Source: Eledone cirrhosa (Eukaryota). Taken from it: a stretch of DNA of 64,000 nt. This document shows, piece by piece, positions 1 through 12,104 of this stretch (position 1 is its first letter; the number at the start of each line of letters is the position of its first letter). The notes under the pieces are model-generated. The model worked only from the letters and a program-made list of their open reading frames with translations. It made no database searches and was not told the DNA's origin. The stretch lies in assembly GCA_964016885.1 (NCBI GenBank), contig OZ024740.1, positions 294,128,001 through 294,192,000 of the forward strand, in the 5' to 3' direction. The position numbers and the translations under genes were made by a program.

Positions 1-384
1 TTCTACAGTATCAAAGGTCTACAATTCTAGAAATTAATTACATTTCTAGTTCCAAGATGTTTACTTAATTCTTAATATCCTGTAATGATTTAGCAGAAAA
101 TATATAAAAATGAGTCTGTTGATTCAAACGCTTACAGTATTTTTACTAGTGAAAATTTTCAGTAAACTAAAGTAAAGATGATTTAGCCATAGTGCTGTTT
201 TGTACTTTTTCAAAAATGTCTTGCCAGTCATTCAATGAACTGCTTATCATTATCATAGCTTTTACACTGATTTTTCCATGCTGGCATGGGTTGAATAAAA
301 CTTTTCAACACAGTATTTTACAGCTGGATGCCCTTTCTGACACCAACACTTTTAGTTGCCTCCTATAACACGTAAGGAAATGGT

Positions 385-2745
385 ATCATCATCATCATCA
401 TCATCGTTTAACGTCTATCTTCCACGCTAGCTTGGGTTTAGACAGGAATTGTCCAACTTGAGGCAAGATTGGTCGGGAGACCGTGACTCGCTCGTATATG
501 ATTGTCTGGCAGGTTTTCTACAGCTGGATCCCCTTCCTAACACCAACCCCGTTTACAGTGTGGACTGGGAGGTTTTTACCATGTTACCTACACGGTCACA
601 TTACAGCGTGGACTGTGTGTTTTTTTGTCCTGACACCTACACAACCTCATTTATTTTGGACTGGATGTTGGGGTACCAACATAACTTTACAGAGAGAGGG
701 TGGTGCTGGTGGGTGGAGTAGTGGTAGTGGGACGGGGGTGTATATTTGGTTAAGAGGTGCCTACTGACTGTAGGTTTCGCTATGTACATAGGCAAGGCGG
801 GTCTTCTGTATTACTGCGTAGTGCCAAAGATCTCGGTCCAGTGACATTGTCTTAGAGAGGTGTAAGTGTGTAAGGTCGGAATTTATCAAATCGTCCCAGG
901 TAACTTCCATCAATTTTGACAGCTATCGTCTTTCATGCGCATCACGTGACCATACCAACGAAGTCTTCTTTCGAGTAAACAGCATCTGATCCCTCTTATT
1001 CCTAATTTCTCACTTAGTTCATTTATGCTTTGCCATTCGCGTATATTACTATTACACATCCAACAGAGCATGCATGCTTTATTCCTCTCCAGTCTGCGCA
1101 GGTCCTCTGCACACAATGCCCATGTCTCACTGCCATGTAACATTGCTGTTCGTATGCACGCATCATACAATCTGCCTTTCATTTTTAGAGAGAAACTTTA
1201 GTGGCTAATAGTGGTATAAGCTCTCTGAACTTTTTCCATCCCGTTCTGACTCTGGCTACTGTACTTTCAGAGCACCCTCCACCACTGCTGATCTTGTCAC
1301 CCAGGTAACGGAATGTGTCCACTATTTCTATAGAACCATCTGGGCAATAGAAGGAGCTAGTATCCTGTGGGCACTTGCTACTTATTGCACCTGTGCATTG
1401 GCCACATATAAAATCTACGTTCTTAGATAGCTTACCTGTGATCCCACTACATCTTTTATGTACCCATAGTTTGCATTTGGGACATAAAATGGAATTTCTG
1501 CCTACTCCTTTCCTACACACTGAGCACTACTATCTCCGAAGGCCCAGCTGCTTTGCTTGTCTTCATATCTTTGATTACCTTACTTATTATACTACCTTTA
1601 ACTTGCACCTTTAACTGGTCCCTCTACTGGATCGATTTAGGGCAGACTATCTTTTTCCCATTTATTCTCCTCATTTAGTAGTCTCTCGTAGTGACACTTC
1701 CAAGCTACCTTCTTATCAGCATTAGTGATGGCAAGTACACCATCATCATTATGGACACACTTCTCCCTGACAACATCACTGTTTTCCTTGACACATTGTC
1801 TTGCAATCCTGAACACCTCACGTTTTTGGTCCTCGTGTTGTAGAACATGCTTGAACTTTCTTTCCTCTGCTTTCCTTCTTGCAAAGTACACTTGTCTCCT
1901 AGCTTCTCTTTTGGCCACTTGATAGTGTTCTCTACTTCCCCCATACTTTCCAAGCTTGCTTTTTGGCCTTGATTGACTCCTCCACCACCATGTTACTCTC
2001 CTCCTGCCACAGATTTCATCTGTCGCCTTCAGCAGGTTAACTTTCAGGAATTCCCACTGTTCCTCTATATTGTACATCTCTAATTGCTCTTCCTTACTGT
2101 CAAAAGAATCAAGTAATATGCTTTTAAATTTGTTACTGGCTGTGGGGTCCTTTAACTTCCATATTCTTCTCCTCAGGTTAGTCCTCCTCTATTGTCAAGT
2201 ATGTCTAGTCCTGACTATGAGGTCACTAACTATGAGGCTATGTTGGGAGGTGCATTCTTCACTGGGGAGGGATTTAGTGTTTACAACAGACACTTTGTTA
2301 CGTCTTCTCGTAAGGATATAATCTATCTGACTGGTGTGTTCTTTTGATCTATAGGTGATCAAGTGATTGTCTCGTTTTTTGAGGTTTGTGTTACAGATAG
2401 TTAGGTTATTAGCGTTACAGAATTCCAGGATTCTGAAGCCTTCCTCATTTCTGGTACCAAACCCATAGCCTCCATGGATTCCATCATAGCCGTCACAATG
2501 TTGTCCAACATGACCATTTAGGTCGCCAGCAATAATTATGTAGTCACTGTCGGTTATTTGGGAGGTAATGAGCATTAGCGACTCATAGAATCTGTCTTTT
2601 ATAACGCCAGGTAGTCCAGATTGGGGTGCGTAAGTGGATATTATTGTCAGTAGTTCTATTTAGGACTAGTCTTATTTTAATTATTCTGTCGTTTACTCTA
2701 TTTACAGCAATTACCTTATTACCCATTTTTCTGCTAACAAACTGG
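385..2745 (-). mobile_element. Decayed RTE-clade LINE with an internal deletion of the RT core
   Basis: APE endonuclease motifs (IIAGDLNGHVG, NEEGFRILEF, SQIDYIL); KAAGPS pre-RT motif; Cys-rich CxxC...CxxCxxWVHxxC...CxxC; FRYLG; MLHGSETW; LRWYGHVMRM; 3' UTR ending in a (GAT)n tail; several stops and frameshifts. Confidence 0.88.
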
Positions 2746-2874
2746 ATATACATGGTATTTTAATGATAAAATGACTTATTCAATAAAATACGTTTCATTG
2801 GAATAGGAAGTAAAAATATAAAACAAATATAGAAATTATAATGAATATTTAAAAAACAAAAAAAAAATACATAC

Positions 2875-2966
2875 ATGAATCCTTGCTTCAAAAGCACTAG
2901 ATGGCATAATAGGAATTTTCCCTCCATTTTTACCAAATTTTGATTCCAATGAGTTCTGGACACTCT
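2875..2966 (-). CDS. GLUD1: Glutamate dehydrogenase exon 10 (antenna region); later exons lie outside the window
   Basis: ttctag acceptor; [31 protein letters not shown]; donor GTATGT; 92 nt, phase 1-0; no GASEKDIV-type exon seen in 1-2874. Confidence 0.93.
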
Positions 2967-3075
2967 CTAGAAAAGGTTATAAATAAAATTATAACAGATC
3001 TTTTAATAATAAAATATGTAAATTTAACATGAATTTTTTTTCTTTCTCAAAACATGAAATTCATTGGAAATTAAT

Positions 3076-3288
3076 TTAACCCTTTAGCATTTAAACCAGC
3101 TATATCCAGCCAGATTTTCTGTTCAAACCAGTCATAACTAGCCATACTGATGTTAAGGTATTATACTCAAAATAAATAATATCAAAATCTCATAGATTCC
3201 ATATTATACGAGATAATTATGTGAGATAAAGACTTTACCATGAAAATATAATAGTATATATAGAGTAATGTAAATGCTAAAGGGTTAA
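3076..3288. mobile_element. piggyBac-type MITE (family A), copy 1
   Basis: TTAA|CCCTTTAGCATTT...AAATGCTAAAGGG|TTAA; terminal inverted repeats with TTAA target duplication. Confidence 0.88.
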
Positions 3289-3729
3289 AGAAATAAATAT
3301 ATTAATATTAATAATACACATATGTATGTATGGTATGTTCCCATAACTCCTGAGGGAGTTGTAGGGACATCGTATTGACATATGGTGTTTCTTGGGTATT
3401 TTAAGCCTAGCAGAGCTAGGTCTAAATACAGCAGATTTCTTCCAGAGAAGGATAGAGAGTGAGAGAATGGAATTGAGAAAGATATACAGAGGAAGAATCA
3501 ACCCCAATATTAGACTGGTACTTTTTTTAATCAACCTTGATTGGATAAAAGGCAAAGTTTGACCTCGGCACGATTTGAACTCAGAGAGCAAAGAGACTGA
3601 GTGAATACTGCAAAGTGAATACCAACATTCTAATGACTCTGCCAGTTCACTGCCTAGTACATATATTTGTGTAACTAAATTGGCTAAAAATTGCTTATGC
3701 ATTAGAAATTTTAACAAAATTATTCTTAC

Positions 3730-3853
3730 CAAGGAGATGATAATTTGAATCCTTTTCATACTTGAATGTTAGTCTGCCGTAGCTTACATGGTTAAGGTTT
3801 TTCAACCATTCAAAATAAGAGACAGTTACACCACCTGCATTAACATACATATC
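3730..3853 (-). CDS. GLUD1: Glutamate dehydrogenase exon 9
   Basis: [41 protein letters not shown]; donor G|GTAAGA; 124 nt. Confidence 0.97.
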
Positions 3854-4903
3854 CTGTACAAAAACAAAATAAAACAAAGTTCATTGATGATCATCATCAT
3901 TAATATCATCATCACCATTTAATATCCATTTTTCCATGCTAGCATGGGTTAAAAGAGTTGTCCCATTGTGAGACAAGCCAGATCAGGTGACTGTGTCTTG
4001 CACATACAGAACTGATTCTGGCTTGGTTTCTTTGATTGGATGCCTTTTCTAATGCCAACCACATTTACAGGGTTGACTATGCGCTTTTTGTTGTGACACC
4101 TAAATGATCATTTTACAGTGTGGGCTGGGTGCTTTTTGTCATGACACCTACACAATTACATTTACAGTGTGGACTGGGTGCTTTTTATTGTGACACCTAC
4201 ACAACCACTTTACAGTGTGGACTGAGCGTTTTTTGTCGTGACACCTATACAGCCACTTTACAGTGATCATGTTATTTGAATTTCTTTGTAGAAAATAAAA
4301 ATATAAACAGTAATACAGACATATTGATGAAGTAATATATGTAATGAAGTGAGGCTGACAGTATAAAGTTAGTATAAATATCAACAAATGTTTCAATCTA
4401 AATGACTGCCCATAACCATTTTAATATAATTCTCCTTATTCATAAAAAAATATTTTTTATTTCCTCTACTGATTCAAATCAAATACTCTGAGCATTTTTT
4501 CCAGAAGAATGCTCATATTTAATATATGTATTTAAAGCTTATAGCACTTCCTCAAAACATATCTATAACTTATAAGGCCCCCTCAAAACATAATAGAATT
4601 CATCACATTTTCAATTTCTTATCATTAAAGGAATATTGTAATTAGAAAAATCCTGATCTAAATCAGATTACTTCACAATTTATTTATAAAGAGCTTTAAT
4701 AACAACTAATGAACATAAAGTGATTGATTCCTCAACTGAATCTATGAAATTGTCTTTCACTGTGTACTAAAGAGTGTGATAAAATGCTAGTTAGCCAAGT
4801 TTGAGCTTAGTTCAATTTCACTAACTCATTTCATATTCATCAGTTACAATACATGGTTAGAGATAACACAGTTTAAAAAATATAAAAGTTAAAAAATAAA
4901 TAC

Positions 4904-4984
4904 CGGAATAACAAGTTTCTTAGATTCTAAAAAGTGTTCATAAGCACCAAGTGTAGTTGGTCCATTAGCAGCCTCAGCGATGAT
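4904..4984 (-). CDS. GLUD1: Glutamate dehydrogenase exon 8
   Basis: ttttag acceptor; IIAEAANGPTTLGAYEHFLESKKLVIP; donor GTATTT; 81 nt. Confidence 0.94.
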
Positions 4985-5030
4985 CTAAAAGAGAAATTAA
5001 AAATATATATTCTGTCTAATTATTTCACCT

Positions 5031-5368
5031 TCATCATCATCATCATCGTTTAACGTTCATATTCCACGCTTGCATGGGTTTGGACGGGAGTTTTCCCACT
5101 TGAGGCAAGAGTGGTTGTCTTGCTCGCATAGGACTGTCTGGCGGGTTTTCTATGGCTGGATGCCCTTCCTAACACCAACCACATTTACAGTGTGGAGCTG
5201 GGAGGTTTTTACTGTGTTACCTACACGGCCACATTACAGCGTGGACTGTGTGTTTTTTTGTCGTGACACCTACATGACCTCATTTCGGGCTGGATGTTGT
5301 GGTACCAACATAACCTTACCTTGAAAGGGGTGGTGTGGATGGGGTGGGGGTAGTGGGACGGGGTGTCC
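5031..5368 (-). mobile_element. 5'-truncated retroposon (RTE 3' UTR or SINE tail) with (GAT)n end
   Basis: Near-identical to 18890-19219 (opposite strand) and similar to the LINE 3' UTR at 385-740. Confidence 0.8.
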
Positions 5369-5949
5369 TTATATATAGATATTCTTATAGGATTCAGTTG
5401 GCAATTTTTAAGACAACAAGAATATTTAACACTTTTGATATCAACCTGCCCAAAAATTATAAATTATTTCATTAGTAAGATAGTAACTTAACATATGGTT
5501 CTTATATAAAATTATGTTGGAAAATTTCAATTTAAATAGGAACTCTTTAAATGGGTTTTTTTTTTTTCATGGTATCAAAATGGTTAATGGGTTGTTCTTT
5601 CTCCCAATATTTATAATGTTAGGTTAATGTTAACTAACTAACTGATCAATGCCATTAGGTTATGTTGAAACAAAGTCAACAAAGGAATAAAATAAGTTTA
5701 AAGCATATTGATGAATTTTTGTTTGGGAATAAATATAGAAGAATCCCATAATAGTTTATGGAGGAAATGGGATTGATTGATCAATAGTAAACAGGATCTA
5801 CTGTATGACATTTAACACAAGAAAGAGGACAATATTCACAGCTGAATCTTAGAACTAGTTAAGTTGTCACCAACATTTCTGCTGATTCACTATCAAATTC
5901 TAAGCAATACAATTCATTTCAACACAATACAGTGTACAGTATATATACC

Positions 5950-6273
5950 CAGTGGAACCTCGGTTCACAAACGCCTCTCATCACAAACAAATTGATTCAC
6001 GAACAATTTTTCTGAACCTAAAACGTCTTGGTACATGAACAGTGTCTGGAGTTACGAACATGAAAGCCGGCAACAGTAGTTGGCAACACACCAGGAGTAT
6101 CGGCAGGAAATCATCACTTGCTGTGTAGTTAGTTACTATGATGATATCTATCTGTCTTTCACAGTCTCTCTCTTTCAACATTTCGTATGGGAAAAATAGT
6201 TTTGGTTTACGAACATTTTGGGTGATGAATGGCCTTCAGGAACGAATCAAGTTTGTGGACTGAGGTTCCACTG
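5950..6273. mobile_element. Tc1/pogo (Tigger-like) MITE
   Basis: Imperfect TIRs CAGTGGAACCTCGGTTCACAAAC / GTTTGTGGACTGAGGTTCCACTG; TA on the right flank. Confidence 0.8.
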
Positions 6274-6365
6274 TATTTTAATTTGATATTTCAATGTTGA
6301 AAATCAATCTAGTTTTATTTAATTGTACATAAAATAGTGGAGAGAGAGAAAAATATTATAGTCAC

Positions 6366-6506
6366 TTTAGCTTGGACTTTGTGAGCATTTTCCAGTGTTA
6401 ATTGTTTCTCACCAGCGGCTGGCACGAGAATGTCACACTTCTCATATAAAATACTTTCTCCAACATATGGTTCAGCTTCAGGGAAGCCAACAATGGTACC
6501 ATGTTC
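6366..6506 (-). CDS. GLUD1: Glutamate dehydrogenase exon 7
   Basis: tttcag acceptor; [47 protein letters not shown]; weak donor AAA|GTGACT; 141 nt. Confidence 0.93.
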
Positions 6507-7317
6507 CTGAAATGATGAACAGTGCAAAACAGAATTAACAAAGACAAGACTCCCTTGATTTCTAATTTAGGCATACAACCAACAATCTGAGGGGAGGGGA
6601 AAGTTGATCAAATCAATCCCAGTACATGACCCGTACTTTATTTTATCGACCACAATTCACCACCCAAGACTCCCCAAATATTAAATACAAAATGTCCTTA
6701 AAACCAATTTAAAATTGAATTAAAGCTTATAACATTTCCATTTGTTTGAACTCCAAACATCATTAGATGTTTTATTCCTGGATGTAGACAAAATACCATA
6801 GTGAATGGAACTAAAAGCTTTAATTTCTAAACAAAGGATGTTTGTATTGACCCATAACTCCTGATAGGGAGCACAGTAGTGACATACAGTGTGTTTGGGT
6901 ACTTTAAAAACAGCTGCTTTCTGTATGAGAGAGAGAGAGAGGAGATATAGAGGAAAAATTAGCCTCATTACTAGACTGGTATTTTTTAAATTTATTTAAC
7001 TCAAAAGGATGAAAGTAAAAGTTGACTGTAGCAGGATTAGAAAACCAGAAGAAATACTGCAAAGTATTTCATCCAATGTTCTAAAGACTCTGCTGAAGAT
7101 AAACGTATTCTTTCTACTGAGACACACACACACACATATACATTGGCCCACACACAAGTACACACACACTGGCCACATACACATGTATATTACCCCCACA
7201 CACACATCTACAATTAGCCACACACATATGTACATACATTTAGACAATACAAGTTCAATATTAACAATTTCCAAAAATATTATTTTCTTTAACAAGAGCT
7301 AAAAATCAATAACTTAC

Positions 7318-7455
7318 AAGTTTATAATCTTCAAGTTTTCGGGGATCAATTCCATTTGGATTATAGATAGCACCATCAATTTCCATGATTCCAACACATT
7401 TAGCACCAGCTCTGTGTAAATACCTCATTGTGTGGAGACCAACATTACCAAAACC
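7318..7455 (-). CDS. GLUD1: Glutamate dehydrogenase exon 6 (NAD(P)-binding GxGxxG)
   Basis: [46 protein letters not shown]; donor GTAAGT; 138 nt. Confidence 0.96.
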
Positions 7456-7554
7456 CTTAATGAAAAGATGAAAAACCATTAGTTGTGCATCATCATCATT
7501 GTCATTTTAACGTACACTTTCCCTGCTATCAAGGATTGGACATGTGATGGTTTA

Positions 7555-8065
7555 AATTTTGCAAGAATATGGAGGAGAAAAATCAGTTTTCACACCAAGT
7601 ACAGAGTGTACAAATTGCTGGAAATCTCCATCCTCCTATATGGGTGTGAGACCTGGACACTTTTGGCAGAAACAGAGAGAAGGATCCAGGTGTTTGAGGA
7701 CAAGACATGAGAAAACTCCTTCATATTTCCTATGGGAACGTAAAACCAATGAATAGATGAAAGGTTGAAAGTTTTGTGGGTCACCAGGAACCTCTCCTCA
7801 CCACTGTCATGAGGAGGAAACTGGCATGGTTTGGTCATGTCACATGACATGACAGCCTGTGCCAGACCATCATGCAAGGCACCGTTGAAGGAGGATGCAG
7901 GAGGGGACGCCATCCCAAAAACTGGTTGGACAATGTCAAAGAATGGATGCACATGACTACACCAGATTTGCAACAGCTGCCGTTGATCGACTATTTTGAA
8001 TGAGTGCTGCTTCTGCATTTGGATCCCCCCAATGACTACAGAAGTCAAGGGACTGATGATAATGA
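7555..8065 (+). mobile_element. RTE LINE 3' fragment
   Basis: TKYRVYKLLEISILLYGCETWTL...RIQVFE, followed by WFGHV and GRP-like motifs in broken frames. Confidence 0.8.
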
Positions 8066-8784
8066 TATAGACCAAGTGAGTAGTGAAGTAGAGCCACTGA
8101 TCTACCAGGAAAGCCAGGGATTTGTGCCTCGCTTATGTACATTCTCACATTCCATCAAGTGCTCAGGGGAGGTTGTCATGCATTGTTACTTTAACATCTG
8201 CTTTCCCTGCTAGCAAGGGTTGGACATGTCTACATAGACCAAGTCAGTACTGAATCAGGGCTACTGAGCTCCCAGACAGGCCAAAGGGTCTGTATCCTGC
8301 TTACATACAGTCCCTGTTAAGGATGAGTCTATATAGACCAAATCAGAACTGAATCAGGCCAGGGATCTGCATCTTGCTTATGTATGGTCACATGTTCTAC
8401 CGAGTGCACAGGGGAGGTTGTTATGTCTTTGACACAACTGGAGGGTCCTTCTAACACTTTGTTTGGCAATCTTTCTATGGCTGGATGCCTTTCCTATCAC
8501 CAAGCACTACACAGCATGTACTGGGTACGTTTATCATATAGATCACCAACACTAGGAAGAGTGTCATGTCCTAGACACGACTAAAGGGTCCTCCCAACCC
8601 TAATAATATTTATCATTGTACAAACATTGCTCAAAACAGCTTGGAATTTTCCAACAATAATAGACAAATAAAAAGTATAGTAAATGAAAAACGATTTCTA
8701 ACTCTAATATGCTTGGTGTTGAAGTATTGGTTATACTAAAGACATTATATAATTGTAATATAGCTGCTTTGTCTAACTTTGTTT

Positions 8785-8997
8785 TTAACCCTTTAGTATT
8801 TAAACCAGCCTTATCCGGGCAGAATTCTCTCACCTATTTCTATTCTAATCCTCCGTAACTGGCTGCTCATACTGATATTAAGGTATTGTTATCAAAATAA
8901 ATATCAAAATCTTGTAGATTCAATATTATGTGAGATAAAGTGTTTACTGTGAAAATACAATTGTAAATATAGAGTAATGGAAATGCTAAAGAATTAA
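8785..8997. mobile_element. piggyBac-type MITE (family A), copy 2
   Basis: Same body as 3076-3288; right TIR decayed (GCTAAAGAATTAA). Confidence 0.83.
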
Positions 8998-9005
8998 ACA
9001 ATAAT

Positions 9006-9194
9006 TGTTTCTACTTTTGGCACAAGGCCAGCAATTATCCAGTGCATTACTGGTACTTTATTTTATCGACCCCGTAAGGATGAAAGGCAAAGTTAACCTC
9101 AACGGGATTTGAACTCAGACCGTAAAGGGACGTAACTATGCTGGAAAGCATGGCGTCCTACCCTCTACTGATACTGCCAATTCACCCTTCCTCC
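9006..9194 (-). mobile_element. tRNA-derived SINE with a Meta/MESC-like core and 16-bp TSD
   Basis: B-box GAGTTCAAATCCC; core GCCTTTCATCCTTACGGGGTCGATAAAAT; TSD AGAATTAAACAATAAT at 8990-9005 and 9195-9210. Confidence 0.85.
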
Positions 9195-10011
9195 AGAATT
9201 AAACAATAATGATAGCATAAGTGAATAGTTTATAACATTCAGATATGTGCATTTGAATCAGAAGAACAAATGTGTTTTGTTGAACATCTTTTTTTCATGC
9301 TAACTAATCAATCATGAATCCACAAAATCAATCAATTTTAAGTGAACTTCATTGACATTGTAAAGTGGTTGGTGATAGGAAAGGCATCCAGTTGTAGAAA
9401 ACTTGCCATTACAAAGAGCCAGAAAGACCCTTCAGTTGTGTAAAAGTCATGACAACCTTCCTAATGTTGGTGATCTACAGGATAAAATTCACCCAATACA
9501 CTCTAAAATTGTTGGTGATAGGAAAGACACCCAGAAAACCTGCGCAAGAGTGGGGAGGACTCATGATAAAATGCACCTGGCAGAATGCAGGAGCGTATGT
9601 AAGTGAAATGTGGTGCCCCGGACAATCTGAGAGGTCAATAGCTCCACTTGAGTACTGACTAGTCTGTGATGATATGTCCAACCGTTGCTAGCAGGGAACA
9701 TGGATACTAAATGATGAAGATGAAAACTGCATTTTAATCGTTTTTGATTAGCATTCATTGTTGATATCATCATCACCATCCTCGCTGTTGTTTTAATGTT
9801 TGTTTTCCGGTTAACAAGAGTTGGACGAGTCGATATAAACAAAGTCAGTATTGAAGCGAAGCCAGGCAGGCCAGGGACTTGAGCGCTTATGTATGGTCCC
9901 ACATTCCATTGAGTGCTCAGGAGAGGTTATGGTTTCAGTAACATATCATGTCAACAACAAATTCAAGAAATGTGTGACACAAAAATCAATAAAAAATATT
10001 CCAAAGATTAC

Positions 10012-10110
10012 CTGGATAATAAAGGTTTTATCCCCGAGACCAGGAGTACATCCAATCATACCCATATAAGAAGCTTCTTCAGTAAAATTCTGGATTCCAT
10101 GAAAGACACC
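10012..10110 (-). CDS. GLUD1: Glutamate dehydrogenase exon 5
   Basis: ttccag acceptor; [33 protein letters not shown]; donor GTAATC; 99 nt. Confidence 0.95.
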
Positions 10111-10489
10111 CTGGAAATAAATTAGGAAAAGTTAAGGCATGAATTATATCAGGTTTTACATATTTAAAAGCCATCACAATCATTAAAATAGCTTTTGGTG
10201 CCACATTGAACAAACATGACAATCACCAAAGAAGACAGTTGGATAACATCCAATAGCTCAGGAATCAACTGGATTAATTGGAAACAATAGCTTCTGACAG
10301 GACCCACTGGAAGACATGCTTGAAGATACTGCCCCAATGACAAGAAGGAGGAGGAGAAAGAAAGGCGGAGACTGTTGTTATGAATTACTGTTTATAAATA
10401 TTTCAGAATCCATTGCTCCATTAAATTATCTCCCCTGCCCTTCCACTAGAAATATATTCGGTTCAAATGTAAATATTTATCAGTCTAAT

Positions 10490-11264
10490 GATAATAATAA
10501 TAATGAAAATATTGTGTACAGTGCTCAGGTGCACTACAACTCATCAAAAGTGTATGTATAGTACATAGGGTAATCATTTACATTCAATTTTTACAATATA
10601 ATTCTTTTTGTGACATTTTCTTTTATTATCACCCTTCATATTCCTTCATCCATCTATTTAAAGCTCTATACAACTATGGTACGACCTCACTTGGAATTCG
10701 CATCTTCAGTCTGGAACCCCTATCTGACCTCCTGGAAACTGTTCAGAGATGTGCAACCAAGTGCATACCCTCCATCAGACACCTACCATACTCTGAACGC
10801 ATTGCTTCTCTGGGCATGGATTCATTGAAGCTCCGACGACTGGCAATGGACTTGGTAAACACCCACAAAATTATTAACCATCTCGCCAACAACAACCCTG
10901 AGCACCTTTTTGATCGCCATGTGTCTAACACACGTGGACATGCCAACAAAGTCAGAAAATAGCACAGCTCCCATGACTTTCGGAAACATTTTTTCATGCT
11001 TAGAGTTGCTGAAGCATGGAACAAACTGCCTGCGTCAGTTGTTAGCTGCCGAGACTCTGCATCCTTTAAAACCTTCATGCTTCCTGAAATTCGCTAAAAT
11101 TACACCTGATGTCCCCATTCCATACACATGCACACGTGTATATCATGACTCATGCACTACTCATTTTCCTGACGTTTGTACATTACCATATGTACTATAC
11201 ATACACTTTTGATGAGTTGTAGTGCACCTGAGCACTGTACACAATATTTTCATTATCATTATTA
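10490..11264 (+). mobile_element. CR1-clade LINE 3' fragment flanked by an inverted copy of its own tail
   Basis: LYTTMVRPHLEFASSVWNPY, LETVQRCATK and TRGH motifs; (ATT)n tail; ~78-bp inverted repeat at both ends. Confidence 0.85.
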
Positions 11265-11583
11265 TAAACATGAAAACTATGAACTAAAAATCAATTTAGT
11301 ATGATTTCATTTTACCTTAATTTTAAACATCGTGTATTGATTTAGCAAAAAATATCTTAAAACAGGTTTCTTAATTCAAATATTTGTAGTATCTATACTA
11401 TTGGAGAGATTGTTGTGAAAATTTGTATGAATTGTGTAAAGACTAATTTTTAATGGTATGCAGTCTAAGCTGTTTTGTGTTTTTCAAGAATATCTTGCTA
11501 ATGTGGTTGGTACATTAAGATTTAAAATAACACCAGCAGTCAGTTGACAGTTGATTTCTATATATTTCTTTCATCTCATTCCC

Positions 11584-11587
<4 letters not shown>

Positions 11588-11664
<77 letters not shown>

Positions 11665-11670
11665 TACATA
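11588..11670. repeat. Compound microsatellite (GT)n(AT)n(AC)n
   Basis: Seen directly; the array is self-complementary. Confidence 0.95.
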
Positions 11671-12015
11671 TACAGAGAAGAAGATCTATCTTTTTTTATT
11701 TTTTTATCATCACTGTTGAAACATATCACCTACATAAAGAACCTTTAAGCCCATGCCAGCATGGAAAGCAGATGTAAAATGATGATGATGACACATTTAT
11801 GCAGAATTATCATGATTATTCATTACAGAAGTTCCCCACCACCTGATTTGTTTATTTCCTAGGCAATACCAGGTTATCCTGCTACTATATACATATTTCT
11901 CGGTAGGTTTTAAACTCGGAATATATGTCTCTAATATAGATTAGAAATACTACAAATCTGCAGGCATATATCACACACATACAGAAAATAATAAATATAG
12001 TTTCTTCATACTCAC

Positions 12016-12104
12016 ACGTCCTGTAGCTGATGTCCTGCCATGGATACCACCCTGTGTAATTGGCTTTCCAGTAACACATGCATTAGCATTAATATCATAA
12101 TGAC
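12016..12104 (-). CDS. GLUD1: Glutamate dehydrogenase exon 4
   Basis: [30 protein letters not shown]; donor GTGAGT; 89 nt, phase 1-0. Confidence 0.96.

Noticed and set aside
3277-3759. 160-aa ORF overlapping exon 9
   Set aside because: Not in the GDH frame and runs through SINE sequence
6990-7305. Overlapping ORFs rich in H/T or V/C
   Set aside because: Translations of degenerate (CA)n microsatellite; the same applies to 11544-11777
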